Source: a virus
Lineage: Duplodnaviria; Caudoviricetes
IMG/VR virus record: IMGVR_UViG_3300025389_000010
Coordinates: 1-64,000 of that record
Reading direction: 5' to 3' (one strand)
DNA: 64,000 bases
Part shown: one piece after another, positions 27,701 to 38,133 of the stretch
How positions within the stretch are numbered: the first letter of the stretch is position 1
How the letters are laid out: every line of letters starts with the position of its first letter
Notes under the pieces: model-generated
The model's database searches: none
What the model was told of the DNA's origin: nothing
The model's input: only the letters and a program-made list of their open reading frames with translations
Made by a program: the position numbers and the translations under genes

Positions 27701-28177
27701 AGTTTGTGGCAAAAACTTGACACTACTTATACCATTAATTAAAGTTAATGTTAAGTATAAATTTTTATAATCTTTTACTAATACTTTGTTATTTTCAAAA
27801 ATAAAACTCAGACTATCATTTACGTTTAAATTAAAAAGTGAATTAAAACTAATCAAAAAATCATTGTCATCTTTTTTAAAAAGATTACCGCTTAAATCTG
27901 TTATCGGTGTATCGATTTGTTGATAATCATATATATTATCAGGAAATTGATTTTCATCAAAAATATCTGTATTTTTACTTAAATTTGATAAAATATTAAA
28001 ACTATCATTATTTATACTAAAATCGTTTATATTTTGTAAAAAATCAAAATAATTAAATTTTATACCCGAATCGAAAATAAGTGGATATGATTTGATCTTA
28101 AATTGATCTCCTTTTAAATTAAAATCAACTTTTTTCCAATCAATTTCCGTATTTTTATAGACATTAATAGTTGCCAT
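24731..28177 (-). CDS. large virion protein with split LamG/concanavalin-like fold and beta-propeller-like repeats
   Basis: LTVSLWLN; GWHNFTMVFD..YIDSQ..FIGSISELKMYNIALNNDEI. Confidence 0.75.
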   Translation of the reverse strand: MATINVYKNTEIDWKKVDFNLKGDQFKIKSYPLIFDSGIKFNYFDFLQNINDFSINNDSFNILSNLSKNTDIFDENQFPDNIYDYQQIDTPITDLSGNLFKKDDNDFLISFNSLFNLNVNDSLSFIFENNKVLVKDYKNLYLTLTLINGISSVKFLPQTIPFNENIQYFDYFLGDDSIVLFVNNTNYSYVLSKTNNKITVTPYSNDLSNSIFSFVSYTRQQKQYNDIKDSFLVTYDANPLLNQKKLSIAQKDSLLQNYLGIFSIKNYTIATDSATFELDISSLKNYQTVSYTFDSNNINRIYKKIFTGSNQSKGYDLIHLGYQTNSVSIKFESGLYTKFYFTPTVTSIDLNNSKLLESGAIGSFHPLISDRIYTKTKNKLDENPNLKIHEQTYQYLCSWFNGQAWYDRYYNSAYYSLDSALSATSIVYNQKFDPTQNFTFDVPSKMLLQPAVEYEYYRVGKKDIKNFINLFNYKDNNGIIENTLVLSITNWTSGTLIDESTYQNNGISYFTDVTSFNGTEWKMDGTNYAIFPANKSILPEDNLTVSLWLNVSDWKNITGTQIFGNYYDSGFGLINESSFIAPFITIFENNNNVLYNFNYRFSQISKRAILDSRSKINFIQRLKDYSYWIFDYVNLIARYYSADDNFVISVPLSISNISQVEIDSQNKIYVYDNINKSYMIFYFVDNDIVTDYGVVENTTNRIEIDLNDNIIHIIGNASVIDNDNVLWEAIGQNVYFAPDPNNRNNKTLYGIFGNVNQITCDIYNNIWIFFDDIKFSKIDTDRNIVFTQQFSKTPVKIISDCPTPPPLIIETNYDLIEDLPFLSTTDYQYILDNRYEEILVDYPPKRYAIQSLTPYQRKRRANFVSSPVSTFSSSCGGRGTPGEDQLVLIDEVDNMAYVFNQLGEPLFKIDLNNLVGPSKTASIATDGDFTGYQYLRKYQNKKGILSWNLNIKNGLKTDYINIPFDVSNLPKGWHNFTMVFDQKNRSVSCYIDSQIVGSYTGYTLDKHTIIYPYASSLLIGTATVKYNILNNILNVYNGYNFIGSISELKMYNIALNNDEIKQIYLSSNLIPEINPLNWNMQVGTRNYIEQIKHWFKFQLPSNKSKYFNINLHNLKVNDDLKINIENAIKNIIKKISPAYTDLYKINWK

Positions 28178-28218
28178 TTGGTTTACTATTAATACTTATA
28201 GTAAAAAATAAAATTTAA

Positions 28219-28641
28219 TTATGCAAAAAAGACATAAACTATGTCTCCTAAAACAGATGTTGATATGTGATTATAATGATATCCACTATCATTTAAATTT
28301 TTTATAAAACTACCCCAATCTTTAATATTAGTTGTTGCCACTTTACCCACTATTGATTGCGAACCTAAAGTTTTAAAAAGATTTTCAACTAGTTCTTTTA
28401 TGTCTTCATGCTCATTAATATAATTGTATATTAAATTACCGATATTTGCAGTATTATTTATAACATATTTTTTAACTTTACCGATACATGTGCAATTTGG
28501 ATTAACTGAAGCACTTTCTATATCAAGTGCAATCTCTTGAATTTGTTTTTTTGAAATATTTTTAAAATCTTCATTTTCTCTTATATAAGACAAAAAAACT
28601 TCAGGTAAATTTTGAGCTTGTATTATTTCATTAAGTGTCAT
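28219..28641 (-). CDS. hypothetical protein, 140 aa
   Basis: ORF track; NPNCTC motif. Confidence 0.7.
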   Translation of the reverse strand: MTLNEIIQAQNLPEVFLSYIRENEDFKNISKKQIQEIALDIESASVNPNCTCIGKVKKYVINNTANIGNLIYNYINEHEDIKELVENLFKTLGSQSIVGKVATTNIKDWGSFIKNLNDSGYHYNHISTSVLGDIVYVFFA

Positions 28642-28648
28642 ATGTTTT

Positions 28649-28960
28649 TTAATTTAAGAATTCTATATTATTTTGATTTGCAATTTTCTTATAAAGAAAA
28701 GATGCAAATAGGTGTGTTATTAATCCACAAAAAATGTTAGTAATGATTAAAAAATTATAATCTAATACTATTGGATTATATAAAAAAGAAACTAATAACC
28801 CAAACCAAAAAGAAGCACATTCTGGACAAGATAACGGTCTTTTTATATACGGTATAAAAGAAATTTTATTTCTTATATGTTTAAAAATATCTGAAAAACT
28901 ATACATATAAGAAACGCTTAAACTTAAACACAAATAATAAAAAATGTTTAATAAATTCAT
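28649..28960 (-). CDS. small membrane protein with CxxC-x-x-W motif (DUF1360-like)
   Basis: LSCPECASFWFG between hydrophobic helices. Confidence 0.6.
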   Translation of the reverse strand: MNLLNIFYYLCLSLSVSYMYSFSDIFKHIRNKISFIPYIKRPLSCPECASFWFGLLVSFLYNPIVLDYNFLIITNIFCGLITHLFASFLYKKIANQNNIEFLN

Positions 28961-28961
28961 T

Positions 28962-29336
28962 TTATAAAAATTTTATATTTTTCTTATCGACATTAAAAGA
29001 AAGAAGTTTTGTTGATAAAGTAACAGGTGTATTTAATTTAGTTTTCATAATTTCAACCAAACCATCATAATTACCACTTTCTCTTATTAAGACTTCTTTT
29101 ATATATCCCAAACACATTCTTCCTATTTGAACATTTAAATCTATTTGCGGATCAAGATTGCAAAGACTAAAAATTAAAGGATTATATGAAGATATCGGGT
29201 TTTTAAAAGTTGAACACCATGTTCTAATTGTAAATGCGCCTCTGTCTGTATCCACATTTAAAATTTCAAAAGAAACATCGTCGAAATTTTCACTATTCAT
29301 ATGTAATAAATTTATAACAATAAATTTAAATGTCAA
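28962..29336 (-). CDS. hypothetical protein, 124 aa
   Basis: ORF track; overlaps the fibre gene stop. Confidence 0.65.
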   Translation of the reverse strand: MTFKFIVINLLHMNSENFDDVSFEILNVDTDRGAFTIRTWCSTFKNPISSYNPLIFSLCNLDPQIDLNVQIGRMCLGYIKEVLIRESGNYDGLVEIMKTKLNTPVTLSTKLLSFNVDKKNIKFL

Positions 29337-32300
29337 TTATTATGTCCATATGTCAAACCAGATGGACCAGAATAGTAACTTTGAACGTTTCCATATGAAA
29401 CAATATCGTAACCATAAGAACCACCACCGGCACCAGCATCACCGGAATTCCCTTGTTTTCCACCACCAGTTGCACCAGTTGCACCAGTTGCACCAGTTGT
29501 ATCAACATTAACACTATAACTACATGTATATTGTGTATAACATACTTGATGGCTAACATGCCAATCACCTTGAACGCAATTTGAAGTTATTCTTGTTTTT
29601 CCACAATCATCGCTTGTAGCAGGTGTTGGACAAAAACTATATTGTTGACTCCAATATGTTTTTCCATCACAATAAATACCATTTTTACTAACTGATGTTG
29701 TTCCGCCTTTATTTCCGCCATCACCACCACTTCCACCTGCAATAAGACCATTATTGTTTATAACAAAACCATAATAAGAACCAGTTAAATCAAGAGCGGG
29801 ACCGCCGGGATATCCTTGTGATCCGATTTGATATGGTCCAGTTCCACCCGGTCCACCGTTACCACCTTTACCGATTATTTTTGCTCCACCATTTACTACA
29901 ATTTTAATTTTATCTCTTCCAGATTGAATAGAGCTTCCTCTACTTTTATCAAAAGTCATTGCAGCACTAGATGTGCTAGTAGAACCAACCGTAACACTAG
30001 AATTGATTATTACTGTTAGCTCTAGAGGATGTGTAGTGTCCCAATAATTGCTTCTTGTAACACCAGCGGGTAATAATCCGGTAGTAAGAAGAGTCCAAAT
30101 ATCAATATTGTTTATATTTTGTCCAATTGTAATGGATACTTTGGAAAACACAGGAGATTTTGTTGGAGTATGTGTTGGTGTCTGTGTTCCTGTTCTTGTA
30201 TATGTTGGGGTACGTGTCGGTGTTCTCGTCTGTGTTCTTGTATGAGAAGGTGTTACCGGTGGTGTTTTTGGTGGTGTAGATGGTGGAGTTACTGGTGGTG
30301 TTGGTGGTGGTGTTGATTTTGGTGTTCTTGTAAATGTATGAGAAGGAGTTTGCGTTTTTGTTGGAGTATGTGTTGGATAAGGTGTTGCATTATTTGATAA
30401 TGTAGGCGTATTTGTAGGTGTTTGTGTATTTGTTGGAGTTTGAGTAAATGTATTAGATGGCGATACAGATGGTGTATATGATGGACTATACGTAGGAGTA
30501 TTAGTATATGTATGTGTTGGTGTGTAAGTTGGAGTTACCGTTGGTGTTTGTGTTGGTGTTTGAGTTTGTGTAGGAGTTTGTGTAAACGATGGTGAAACTG
30601 TTTGTGTATTAGTAACCGTTGGTGTTGTTGTTTGAGACTGTGTAGGAGTATTAGTAGGCGTAAGAGACGGTGTTTGTGTTGGTGTTACGCTTGGCGAAGG
30701 ATCTGGTGTTTCGACATTTTTATAATAATAAGAATAACTACTGTAATAATTTAAAACATAAGATGAATTATTGTAATCAAACGGTGTGTTTATTTTATAA
30801 TATGCATGATTATATAATGTTAAATCCTTATCACCTACAATATAAAATAAATTTGAATTATTGCTCACATTTTGAATAACTTCTATATTATTCCTTGCAG
30901 ATATTGAATTTACAATATTTGTCATGTCAACAGACCGTAAACTAGAATTAAATATATAATTTGGATCATTATAGTTTCCAAATTTTATCGCTAAATTTGG
31001 ATCATTTGTTATCGTTCTACTTAAATTCTGTGTTACATCTATTGTCCAAGGAGTTAAACCATAATTATTAGGAGTATAAATGTTATAAGAATTAGTAAGT
31101 TTTACATTATAAAAATTATTATTTCCATTTGAATTATTAAAAGAATGTATATATGTTGTATTATCGTAAGTACTCGTTTGCGAACTTAAAGAAAAATTAT
31201 TACTCCTAAAGAGATAATTTGATGATATCAAATGACATTTTTTATTCAAATTATATAAAGACCCTGAATTAAAATGACCGTCAACAATTATACCGGAATT
31301 TAATAAAGAAGATCTACCAATTTCTCTATTTGTAGTTTCATCGAAAACTTCAACTATTGCACCACCAGCCATATTAAAAACAAGAGGATCAACCCAAGAT
31401 CTTCTTGCATTTATATTCTGCTGTCCAACTACTGCAATACCCCAACCCGGATAGTAATCTGGTCCTGTTGCTCCTTGTATTGATTTCCATGCATTTGACC
31501 ATGTCAAAGGTGTTAAAAAATAAGGATCTATTTGGTTTGTTCCTTTTACTTTTACATAGGCAGAATCCCCACCAACATATATAGGTCCGTCATATAAAGA
31601 ACTTCCCAAAAGAGCAACCGTTAAATTTCCTATTGTTGTTTTACCTTTAAAAACAAGACAATTTGCTTCATTAGTATTTAGATAAAATTCAAAACATAAA
31701 TTTTGTAAATTTACCCTAGCTTTATTATTGGTAAAATAAATACCATGATAATTTGCTGGCATGTTTGATTTAATACATGTCCAATCGTTTATATTAAAAG
31801 GTTTTCCTGTTTCAGAAAAATTTCCATTTGCTATATTTTTATTACGACAAACATAATTTCTTAATGAAATTTTATGAGGAGATGCATTAAATGGTTTTTG
31901 TTTGACATATTGTTTAACTGGTGGTGAATATATCAAAGATCCAATTTCATAAACACCGGAAATGTTTATATTGATAAAATCAATATCCGGAATAGTTAAA
32001 TTTGAAAAACCTATCGGTGTAGTATTAGCGGTTGAAGTATTCCATATAAAAATACCACCACTTAATCCTGCTGTTAATACTTCAGGATGGTTTGTTTTTA
32101 AATCATTCGTGTCATGAAATTGATAAGATAAAGGTCCAGTAATACTAGTAAGTGTACCGGTTTCAACATCTTCATATATATAAACGTTTATTTGATTACC
32201 TCTTATATTATTCGTAATAATATAATCAAAAACAGAATTTAAATTTTTAAAAAATGGTTTTGAAACTTCGTTTTTTGTAAAACTTTCATTACTATCGTTA

Positions 32301-33172
32301 TTCCAGTTACCATTAATTGTTCTTTTTACTGATGAACTATCAGTTGAATAAGAATCACTAGGTTTTACACCAAAAGAAAAGTTTTGTGTATTATCAATAC
32401 TTAAAGCATTGTAACTATTATAATTTAATACCGTGTTGTCTATGTCTATTATACCATGAATAGATGATGCTGAGATTTGATCAGTAATCGTATTTTTTAT
32501 TATATTAGAATCTGATGATAAATTTTTTATTATTGTATTAAATGAACTTAAACTATAAAGGTTTGTTTTATTTGAAATTAAATTTTTTGCTGATGTTTTA
32601 ACTGTTGATGTTACATTCTCTATTTTTATAGTACCATTTGCTATTTGTTGTGCAATAATATCTGTCATTATAACCGGATTATTGACAGACGAAAACGATG
32701 TTAAATTTGTAACATTTATATTATTTGCTGTTAAATTATTAAAAGTTGTATTATTATCAAATTCAGTTTTGCTTTTAAAATAAATGTTATTGTTTATTGC
32801 AAGTTTATCAATTCCTGTTAATTTATTAGTTGATAATGTTGGTAAAAAAGAAAAAACAGAATGTAGAGATCCATTTATATCAAATTCAAAAATTGGAGAA
32901 GTATTATTATAACCTAATTTTTTACCTTTAATTGTTAAAGAAGAATTATTTGTAAATGTTCTAGAAGATGAATAAGATGAATTTTGAGTTATTAAAGGGA
33001 AATAATAATATTTTAAAATATCAGTAGTCGAATAACCCGGCGGGAGACCTAAACTAGGTTCAAGAACTTTTAAATTTACAAAATCCGGTAATTTAAGTTT
33101 AAATGAATTAACAGCGGTTAAATTAACCATAACTGTAGTTTCACTTATTGAAATTGGGTCTGTGTAATTCAT
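29333..33172 (-). CDS. putative tail fibre/adhesin with mucin-like Thr/Pro stalk and Gly-rich tip
   Basis: N-terminal part paralogous to 33186..35663; TPT-rich tract about 30155-30715; C-terminal GKGGNGGPGG, Cys-rich insert, GAT repeats. Confidence 0.75.
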   Translation of the reverse strand: MNYTDPISISETTVMVNLTAVNSFKLKLPDFVNLKVLEPSLGLPPGYSTTDILKYYYFPLITQNSSYSSSRTFTNNSSLTIKGKKLGYNNTSPIFEFDINGSLHSVFSFLPTLSTNKLTGIDKLAINNNIYFKSKTEFDNNTTFNNLTANNINVTNLTSFSSVNNPVIMTDIIAQQIANGTIKIENVTSTVKTSAKNLISNKTNLYSLSSFNTIIKNLSSDSNIIKNTITDQISASSIHGIIDIDNTVLNYNSYNALSIDNTQNFSFGVKPSDSYSTDSSSVKRTINGNWNNDSNESFTKNEVSKPFFKNLNSVFDYIITNNIRGNQINVYIYEDVETGTLTSITGPLSYQFHDTNDLKTNHPEVLTAGLSGGIFIWNTSTANTTPIGFSNLTIPDIDFININISGVYEIGSLIYSPPVKQYVKQKPFNASPHKISLRNYVCRNKNIANGNFSETGKPFNINDWTCIKSNMPANYHGIYFTNNKARVNLQNLCFEFYLNTNEANCLVFKGKTTIGNLTVALLGSSLYDGPIYVGGDSAYVKVKGTNQIDPYFLTPLTWSNAWKSIQGATGPDYYPGWGIAVVGQQNINARRSWVDPLVFNMAGGAIVEVFDETTNREIGRSSLLNSGIIVDGHFNSGSLYNLNKKCHLISSNYLFRSNNFSLSSQTSTYDNTTYIHSFNNSNGNNNFYNVKLTNSYNIYTPNNYGLTPWTIDVTQNLSRTITNDPNLAIKFGNYNDPNYIFNSSLRSVDMTNIVNSISARNNIEVIQNVSNNSNLFYIVGDKDLTLYNHAYYKINTPFDYNNSSYVLNYYSSYSYYYKNVETPDPSPSVTPTQTPSLTPTNTPTQSQTTTPTVTNTQTVSPSFTQTPTQTQTPTQTPTVTPTYTPTHTYTNTPTYSPSYTPSVSPSNTFTQTPTNTQTPTNTPTLSNNATPYPTHTPTKTQTPSHTFTRTPKSTPPPTPPVTPPSTPPKTPPVTPSHTRTQTRTPTRTPTYTRTGTQTPTHTPTKSPVFSKVSITIGQNINNIDIWTLLTTGLLPAGVTRSNYWDTTHPLELTVIINSSVTVGSTSTSSAAMTFDKSRGSSIQSGRDKIKIVVNGGAKIIGKGGNGGPGGTGPYQIGSQGYPGGPALDLTGSYYGFVINNNGLIAGGSGGDGGNKGGTTSVSKNGIYCDGKTYWSQQYSFCPTPATSDDCGKTRITSNCVQGDWHVSHQVCYTQYTCSYSVNVDTTGATGATGATGGGKQGNSGDAGAGGGSYGYDIVSYGNVQSYYSGPSGLTYGHNN
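29464..29499. repeat. perfect 9-bp tandem repeat (caccagttg)x4 encoding (Gly-Ala-Thr)n
   Basis: Direct reading of the sequence. Confidence 0.85.
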
Positions 33173-33185
33173 TTTATTATACTAT

Positions 33186-35663
33186 TTACAATATACTCGG
33201 AATATAAAAGTTTAAAGTATAATAAGGTGAAGACGGTACGGGTGATTTTATATGATAAACGGCATCACCAGTTATTTGATCATATACTTTTAATGAATAT
33301 GGATTTACATAGTATATTAAACTGCTGGTATTGTTTGATCTTATTTGGTTTGAAGCATTTAATAAATTTATATAACCAGTAGCATTTAAAGAATTTGTAT
33401 AATCTATACTACCATTTTTAGTAGAGTTTAAAACTGCTGGATTTGGATTAAAAGTAACCAAATTTTCATATTTTCCATTATATACCGATATATTTGAATT
33501 ATATCTATTCCAACTTATATTTTTTGAATTATATTCTTCTATACTAAAAGTCCAAGTTGCAAATCCATCTGAATTAAAATTAAAACTATTAAATGAATTT
33601 TTTATATTTAAAAATTTAAAATTTAAAAGATTTAAATTATCAGTATAAACTGACATTATATTTGTATTATAAGCATTATAATTATTATTTTTTGTAGTGT
33701 TGGAACTTAATATAAAACTATTTGTTATAAAAACATTATCACTATGTGTAATTTCAGAAGAATCTGCGATTGAATAAAAAGAATAACCATTTATAAAACC
33801 ATCTAACAATATGCTGGAATGATATCCTGTTTTATTACCAGAATAATTGGAATCATAAAGTTCAAAACTTGATTTTTTATCAATTGTTATTAAACTATCA
33901 CCTAAAACCGTTGGTGTGTTATTTTTATTACCAATTAATGCCAAGCCATAACCCGGAAAATTTTGTCCTGTAGTATAACCATAAGTTGCCCATGTATTCC
34001 ATGTTGTTGGTGTTAAATAATAAGGGTCATATAAAGTACTACCTACTACTGTTATTGATGAATTTTCAGTTGCATATATATAACCGGTAGTGTATTTAGC
34101 ATTTCCTAATAATGATATTGTTATATTACCAATATAATAGTTTCCATTTTTAAACACTAAAGGTTTTGTGTTGAAACTATTTGAAACAAATTCAAAACAT
34201 AAATTGCTTATATAAGTTGTGGTAAGATTTGAACAGTTAAAAACTATAGGAGTTGAATCAACTACATTTTTAGTATCAACGCTATTCCATATAACCGCAT
34301 CTCCTCCAAAATTATTAAAACCTAGTGTTGATAACGTAGAAAAATAAGTTCTTGCTATTATTTTTCTAGGTGCATCTTGAAATCCTCTGCTTGTACTATA
34401 ATAGGTTTTATTACTAGTTCTGGAACCTATATCATATCTTCCTTTTATAACCAAATTAATAAACCTTAAAGGCGGAATTGTTAAAACATTTACATTACCA
34501 TTAGTATTAGCATTGTGATTTTTATTCCAGAAAAATAAACCACCAAGCGTATTATTCAAACTAGGTTGTACTTGTGACGTAGTATAAAAATTTCCAGAAA
34601 TATTACCAGTATATGTATATTGATTATTTTGACCTAAAATTATATCTTCGTCTATATATATTGTAAGTCCAGAACCTTCCAATTGATTTGCACTTACATA
34701 ATCAAAAACAGACTGAATACTTTTAAAGTATGGTCTTAATACACTTGAATCTTCTGTTTTATTTAATGAATCCCATGCACCATTTGCATCTCTATTTATT
34801 GTCAAAGAATCAGTAGAATATGAATCAGACGGTCTAACCGCAAAAGAATAAGAAGATTGTCTTGGTGAATAACTTAATTGATTATTTTGATTGTAGTATA
34901 ATGGTGAAAAAGGATCTACGTCTATTTTACCATGAATATTATTTGCAAATATTTGATCCGCACTAATATATTGGTTAACTGTTAAATTATTTGATGTTAA
35001 ATTATTAACATATGAAGAAACAGCTGACAAACTAGCAGTGCTTAATGTACTTGAAAACACAGAATTTGCACTCAATGAGCCAATATTTAAATTTCCATAA
35101 ATCGTTAGATTTGACGAATAATAATTTGTATAATTTGATACAATTAAATTATAATTTGTTGGATAAATATTATTTACTGTTATGTTATTAGCTGTTAAAT
35201 TTGCAAAATTAACATCTTTATCGAAAAATGCATTCGATTTAATAAAGATACCGTTTGGGAAAATGGCAGATAATGCATCATTGTTTGAATTAGGTACAAT
35301 ACTAACAGCGGATAATTGATTTATAAAAGCGGAATTTGCTTTTAATGACCCGTTAATATCAAAATTAAAAACAGGATTTGTATTATTATAACCAATGTTA
35401 TTGTTTTTAAAAATTAAACTATCATCACCCGTAAATCTTCTAGAGGTTTGATACGTTGCGGTATTTGAGCCATCATCTCCACCAAATACGGGAAAGTAAT
35501 AAGTTGCACCAGTTGCTGTCGTATTATAACCTGTTGGTAAACCTAAACTTGGTTCCGCAAAAGGTAAGCTTATAAAATTATTAGCATAAGCATTATAATT
35601 TATATAAGGCGATAATGGTCGTAATTTTACATTATTGGCTAATGATGGTGGAGATGTCTGCAT
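33186..35663 (-). CDS. putative tail fibre protein, paralog of the N-terminal part of 29333..33172
   Basis: EPSLGLP.GY.TT, F.V.PSDSYSTDS, PYFKSIQSVFDY vs PFFKNLNSVFDY, NLCFEF, DPY.LTP.TW. Confidence 0.75.
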   Translation of the reverse strand: MQTSPPSLANNVKLRPLSPYINYNAYANNFISLPFAEPSLGLPTGYNTTATGATYYFPVFGGDDGSNTATYQTSRRFTGDDSLIFKNNNIGYNNTNPVFNFDINGSLKANSAFINQLSAVSIVPNSNNDALSAIFPNGIFIKSNAFFDKDVNFANLTANNITVNNIYPTNYNLIVSNYTNYYSSNLTIYGNLNIGSLSANSVFSSTLSTASLSAVSSYVNNLTSNNLTVNQYISADQIFANNIHGKIDVDPFSPLYYNQNNQLSYSPRQSSYSFAVRPSDSYSTDSLTINRDANGAWDSLNKTEDSSVLRPYFKSIQSVFDYVSANQLEGSGLTIYIDEDIILGQNNQYTYTGNISGNFYTTSQVQPSLNNTLGGLFFWNKNHNANTNGNVNVLTIPPLRFINLVIKGRYDIGSRTSNKTYYSTSRGFQDAPRKIIARTYFSTLSTLGFNNFGGDAVIWNSVDTKNVVDSTPIVFNCSNLTTTYISNLCFEFVSNSFNTKPLVFKNGNYYIGNITISLLGNAKYTTGYIYATENSSITVVGSTLYDPYYLTPTTWNTWATYGYTTGQNFPGYGLALIGNKNNTPTVLGDSLITIDKKSSFELYDSNYSGNKTGYHSSILLDGFINGYSFYSIADSSEITHSDNVFITNSFILSSNTTKNNNYNAYNTNIMSVYTDNLNLLNFKFLNIKNSFNSFNFNSDGFATWTFSIEEYNSKNISWNRYNSNISVYNGKYENLVTFNPNPAVLNSTKNGSIDYTNSLNATGYINLLNASNQIRSNNTSSLIYYVNPYSLKVYDQITGDAVYHIKSPVPSSPYYTLNFYIPSIL

Positions 35664-35672
35664 TATTTCTCA

Positions 35673-36050
35673 TTATTGATCATTTCTGGTCTCTAAGATG
35701 GACAATGTTAGATTGACATCACCTTGATTGCTGCTTCCACTGGAAATAATAAAGTTATCACCATCTTGTAAAACAAGTTTATTGACCACGATATTAACTG
35801 CATCTTTAGGTGCAATTGCAAAATCTTTTATGAAATTTATAGGAGTATAATTGTTTTGTGCAAAACTATTTGATACTGTTGAAGAAATCGCTCCTGTCAC
35901 AGTTTGAACGCTATTTGTATTATTGTTAACTAAAGCAGAAATAATAATTGCTGCTCTGTGTGGTGGTGCAATATAAACACTTAAAGGTGTTGAATTCACC
36001 AAGTCGGTTTGTACTCTTACGAATTTATTTAATTGAATTCTAGGTGCCAT
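35673..36050 (-). CDS. small T4-like tail-associated protein
   Basis: VYIAP..AAIIISALVNN..KLVLQDGD; TATAAATA upstream at 36066-36059. Confidence 0.65.
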   Translation of the reverse strand: MAPRIQLNKFVRVQTDLVNSTPLSVYIAPPHRAAIIISALVNNNTNSVQTVTGAISSTVSNSFAQNNYTPINFIKDFAIAPKDAVNIVVNKLVLQDGDNFIISSGSSNQGDVNLTLSILETRNDQ

Positions 36051-36067
36051 AATTTATATATTTATAC

Positions 36068-38080
36068 TTACTCCAAAACTAGGTTCAATGGTGTAACTAA
36101 TGTCATAATTGCACGTTTGAAGGTATCTCCTTCAATAGTACCCGTGCTTTGAACAATTTTAAAATTAGGTCCAACTTTAAAGTCACCCAATTCATTGGAA
36201 CTTGTAAAGTATACAACGCCCGGTGCATTAGTATCATATAAACCATCGAAAACAGCTTCGTTTTCGTTTATGGCTACACCACCGTATGCTGGAACAGCAC
36301 TAACCATTCTTGTACCGGTTCCCATGTATTCAAAGGTATGAGATCCTGTTTCCACCATGCTTCTTGCAAAGAAGTAAACCCATGCGCTTGAAAAATCTCT
36401 ACCTCTTAAATTTCTAATATTTAAATATGGTGTATTATATGTAAGTTGAATGTCATAAGCATTGGTATTATTTATACCATATTGTCCTGTAGAATTGTTT
36501 TTAACTACTGATAAATCAACCGTGAAAATTTTTGGTCTGTTGTTGAGCGGTAATGTTGGGTCTATATCACTTTCCATGATATAATCTGCATTACTTGTTG
36601 GATTAGGAACCGAAACCGTAAAACAAAGATTTGTATATGGAACCGTAGCGATAATATCGGGATGTGGATCATTCTTGGGGAATGGTACATATGCCATATC
36701 TTTAATTGTGAAAGTATCACCACCACTTAAATATCCATATTGATAATTATAACCAGTATTTGAGGTCGGGTCTACTCTGAAATCTTGTGGCATTACTGTA
36801 AATGTTCCACTTAAAATCGGCGTACCTAAATTAAAATAATTGGATAGATTTACAGGTGTACCATTAACGGTGCTTAGAGTTGGATAATTTGCCAATCCAG
36901 ACATTCCTCTTCCAATAAGACCAGAAAGACCAAATGTAGAATTTGATGTACTGATTGAACAACTTCCACCACTTTCACACACTATACCTTCATATGTCGC
37001 AACTGTGAAAATACTAACCAGCTGCGCATAACCATGATTTAAAATATGAAGACCTCTACCGCCTTGATTAACTTGTGTAAACGAATCAAGAACCATGCTT
37101 CTGAATTTACCAGTAACGAGAGATCCATCTATTCGCATACCAACACCAGCATCGTTTAAATTTTTGTCATCAAAAACCGTAGGTAATGCATATGATGTAC
37201 AACCTTGAACATATGGACTTACTTTTATATCAGGTCTTCCTACTGGAATGCTAAATAATGGTGTTAACCCCGAAGAATTCGTGCTTCCATAATATGCCAA
37301 ATTATATGCATTTATATTTTTGTTAGCATTTTGCGTATTTAAAGGATATGCAATAGCAGCAGGTGGTGATATATCTGTTAATCGATTTGCTGTTGTATAA
37401 TAACTTGGATCGCTTGGATCTACACCATTTTCTGTTAATTTTCTATGCCCTCTGAATGTGAAACCCCAAACGTAACATGCGCTGTTTACCCACAAAATAT
37501 CTTTATCTACATTTAATGGGCTTATTGTAGTTCTTCTTAAATTATCTCCAATCAAAGAAGTATTGGGTGGAAGATATACTGGATTATTTTCAACATAATT
37601 ACCACTTCTTACTAAGATAGACCATTGTTTTGGACGAGATGCTGGATTTGGATCGTTTACATCAACTAAACCGGCATTTAAAGCTGCTTGTTCATTTGCA
37701 ATACGTGCAGCTGCATATTTAATTGTACGATATGGTAATTCTTCGTTTCTTCCTCTTTCTGGATAATCATTAGCATCAACACCACTCATGGATACGTAAA
37801 ACGTATTTGCCATTGGATTTTGGTGTGTGTTAATATAATCTAAAAATGAATCTACCGTAACTTGACGAGTTACAACATCAGTATTGGTTAAAACTAAAGT
37901 TTCTTTACCTACTATAGGACTACCTTGAATATCTAATTGACCAATCGAATTTGATAAAAAAGAATATGGTGATACTTTTCTAGTTATATCCTGCTCTATA
38001 ACTAATAAATCATTATTTATATCTATTGGTTGGATCGGGGGTCCACCTGATGGTAATTCTGGAATTCTTGTATATGACAT
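36068..38080 (-). CDS. putative tail fibre/baseplate protein with beta-helix-like region
   Basis: FYVSMSGVD..PYRTIKYA..ILVRSGNYVENNP..SLIGDNLRRTTI..SPYVQGCTS, as in T4-like cyanophage-type structural proteins. Confidence 0.7.
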   Translation of the reverse strand: MSYTRIPELPSGGPPIQPIDINNDLLVIEQDITRKVSPYSFLSNSIGQLDIQGSPIVGKETLVLTNTDVVTRQVTVDSFLDYINTHQNPMANTFYVSMSGVDANDYPERGRNEELPYRTIKYAAARIANEQAALNAGLVDVNDPNPASRPKQWSILVRSGNYVENNPVYLPPNTSLIGDNLRRTTISPLNVDKDILWVNSACYVWGFTFRGHRKLTENGVDPSDPSYYTTANRLTDISPPAAIAYPLNTQNANKNINAYNLAYYGSTNSSGLTPLFSIPVGRPDIKVSPYVQGCTSYALPTVFDDKNLNDAGVGMRIDGSLVTGKFRSMVLDSFTQVNQGGRGLHILNHGYAQLVSIFTVATYEGIVCESGGSCSISTSNSTFGLSGLIGRGMSGLANYPTLSTVNGTPVNLSNYFNLGTPILSGTFTVMPQDFRVDPTSNTGYNYQYGYLSGGDTFTIKDMAYVPFPKNDPHPDIIATVPYTNLCFTVSVPNPTSNADYIMESDIDPTLPLNNRPKIFTVDLSVVKNNSTGQYGINNTNAYDIQLTYNTPYLNIRNLRGRDFSSAWVYFFARSMVETGSHTFEYMGTGTRMVSAVPAYGGVAINENEAVFDGLYDTNAPGVVYFTSSNELGDFKVGPNFKIVQSTGTIEGDTFKRAIMTLVTPLNLVLE

Positions 38081-38133
38081 TATATATATTTATGTTTGAG
38101 ATTAATATTTTTTTAATTTTTTTTTATTAAAAA

